DNA of 5,445 nucleotides, from IMG/VR virus record IMGVR_UViG_3300029529_000157, positions 1-5,445 of that record; one strand, 5' to 3'. Numbering within the stretch: the first letter of the stretch is position 1; each line of letters opens with the position of its first letter. The position numbers and the translations under genes were made by a program. The DNA is from a virus. Below, in pieces: positions 5,231-5,445 of this stretch. Under the pieces are notes generated by a model. It ran no database searches. It worked only from the letters and a program-made list of their open reading frames with translations, and was not told the origin of the DNA.

Positions 5231-5445
5231 CTAATATCTCCCGTAAGCGCGTTTTGATGACACGGGCCGGGCGTACCAGGCTCCCAGCGTCCGCGCCAGT
5301 CCGCTGTTCCGGCGCGCGTGCCAGGCCATCACGAGAGCGTCGGCGCGGTCGGGGGAGCGCACGCCTCGTTTCGCCATATCTTCCTTGCTCTCAATGCGGA
5401 CACGGCCAATCGCATCGGTTTGGAGACGCGGCGCGACCAGCTGTT
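5231..5445 (-). CDS. terL: Terminase large subunit, C-terminal end only; the 5' part lies beyond the right window edge
   Basis: Absent from the ORF track because it is truncated. Hand translation of the minus strand gives 70 stop-free codons ending at TAG (5233-5231): ..QLVAPRLQTDAIGRVRIESKEDMAKRGVRSPDRADALVMAWHARRNSGLARTLGAWYARPVSSKRAYGRY*. 'IESKEDM.KRG..SPD.ADAL.MA' is the characteristic C-terminal motif of TerL nuclease domains. The location upstream of the portal is the expected synteny. Confidence 0.75.
   Translation of the reverse strand, partial: QLVAPRLQTDAIGRVRIESKEDMAKRGVRSPDRADALVMAWHARRNSGLARTLGAWYARPVSSKRAYGRY

Noticed and set aside
5206-5237. Plus-strand promoter reading (TTGATA at 5206-5211 or 5214-5219 with TAATAT at 5232-5237)
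   Set aside because: The spacers are 20 nt and 12 nt, outside the functional 16-18 nt range. Transcription would run antisense into TerL with no plus-strand gene to serve.
1-5445. Search for CRISPR repeats, tRNA or ncRNA genes, IS or transposase ends, integrase, attachment sites and defence genes
   Set aside because: None was recognisable by eye. Apart from the two gaps, the whole window is covered by the head-gene operon. Att sites or long-range repeats cannot be assessed from a single 5.4-kb window.

Overview
The window is almost entirely one minus-strand operon, the head-morphogenesis module of a tailed phage or prophage. Read 5'->3' on the minus strand it contains: the C-terminal end of the large terminase (5445->5231, cut by the window edge), a 243-nt spacer, a DUF935/Mu gp29-type portal (4987->3722), a Mu gpI-type prohead protease fused to an acidic scaffold domain (3747->2626), a small protein in the decoration-protein position (2605->2174), a 120-nt gap, a lambda gpE-like HK97-fold major capsid protein (2053->1217), a DUF1320/Mu gp36-like head-tail connector (1195->719), and a MuF-like head morphogenesis protein (722-><1, cut by the window edge). 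The two edge-truncated genes are missing from the supplied ORF track; I found them by hand translation. All plus-strand ORFs and the alternate-frame minus-strand ORFs look like shadows of these genes in GC-rich DNA. I see no tRNA, CRISPR array, transposase, or defence or toxin module. I cannot support a claim that this window holds a novel system; it reads as a mosaic Mu/lambda-type capsid module. Five things deserve a second look. (1) The TerL-portal spacer is long, AT-rich, and carries a perfect TTGACA box and tandem octamers. (2) The portal's first canonical start is a TTG, and a stop-free, coding-like in-frame extension lies upstream of it. (3) The capsid gene has a similar extension with no ATG/GTG/TTG. 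(4) The MuF homologue is displaced, lacks the canonical H-x-N-C-R-C signature, and continues past the usual C-terminus. (5) The protease gene may contain a nested scaffold start. None of the start sites has a well-placed Shine-Dalgarno sequence.
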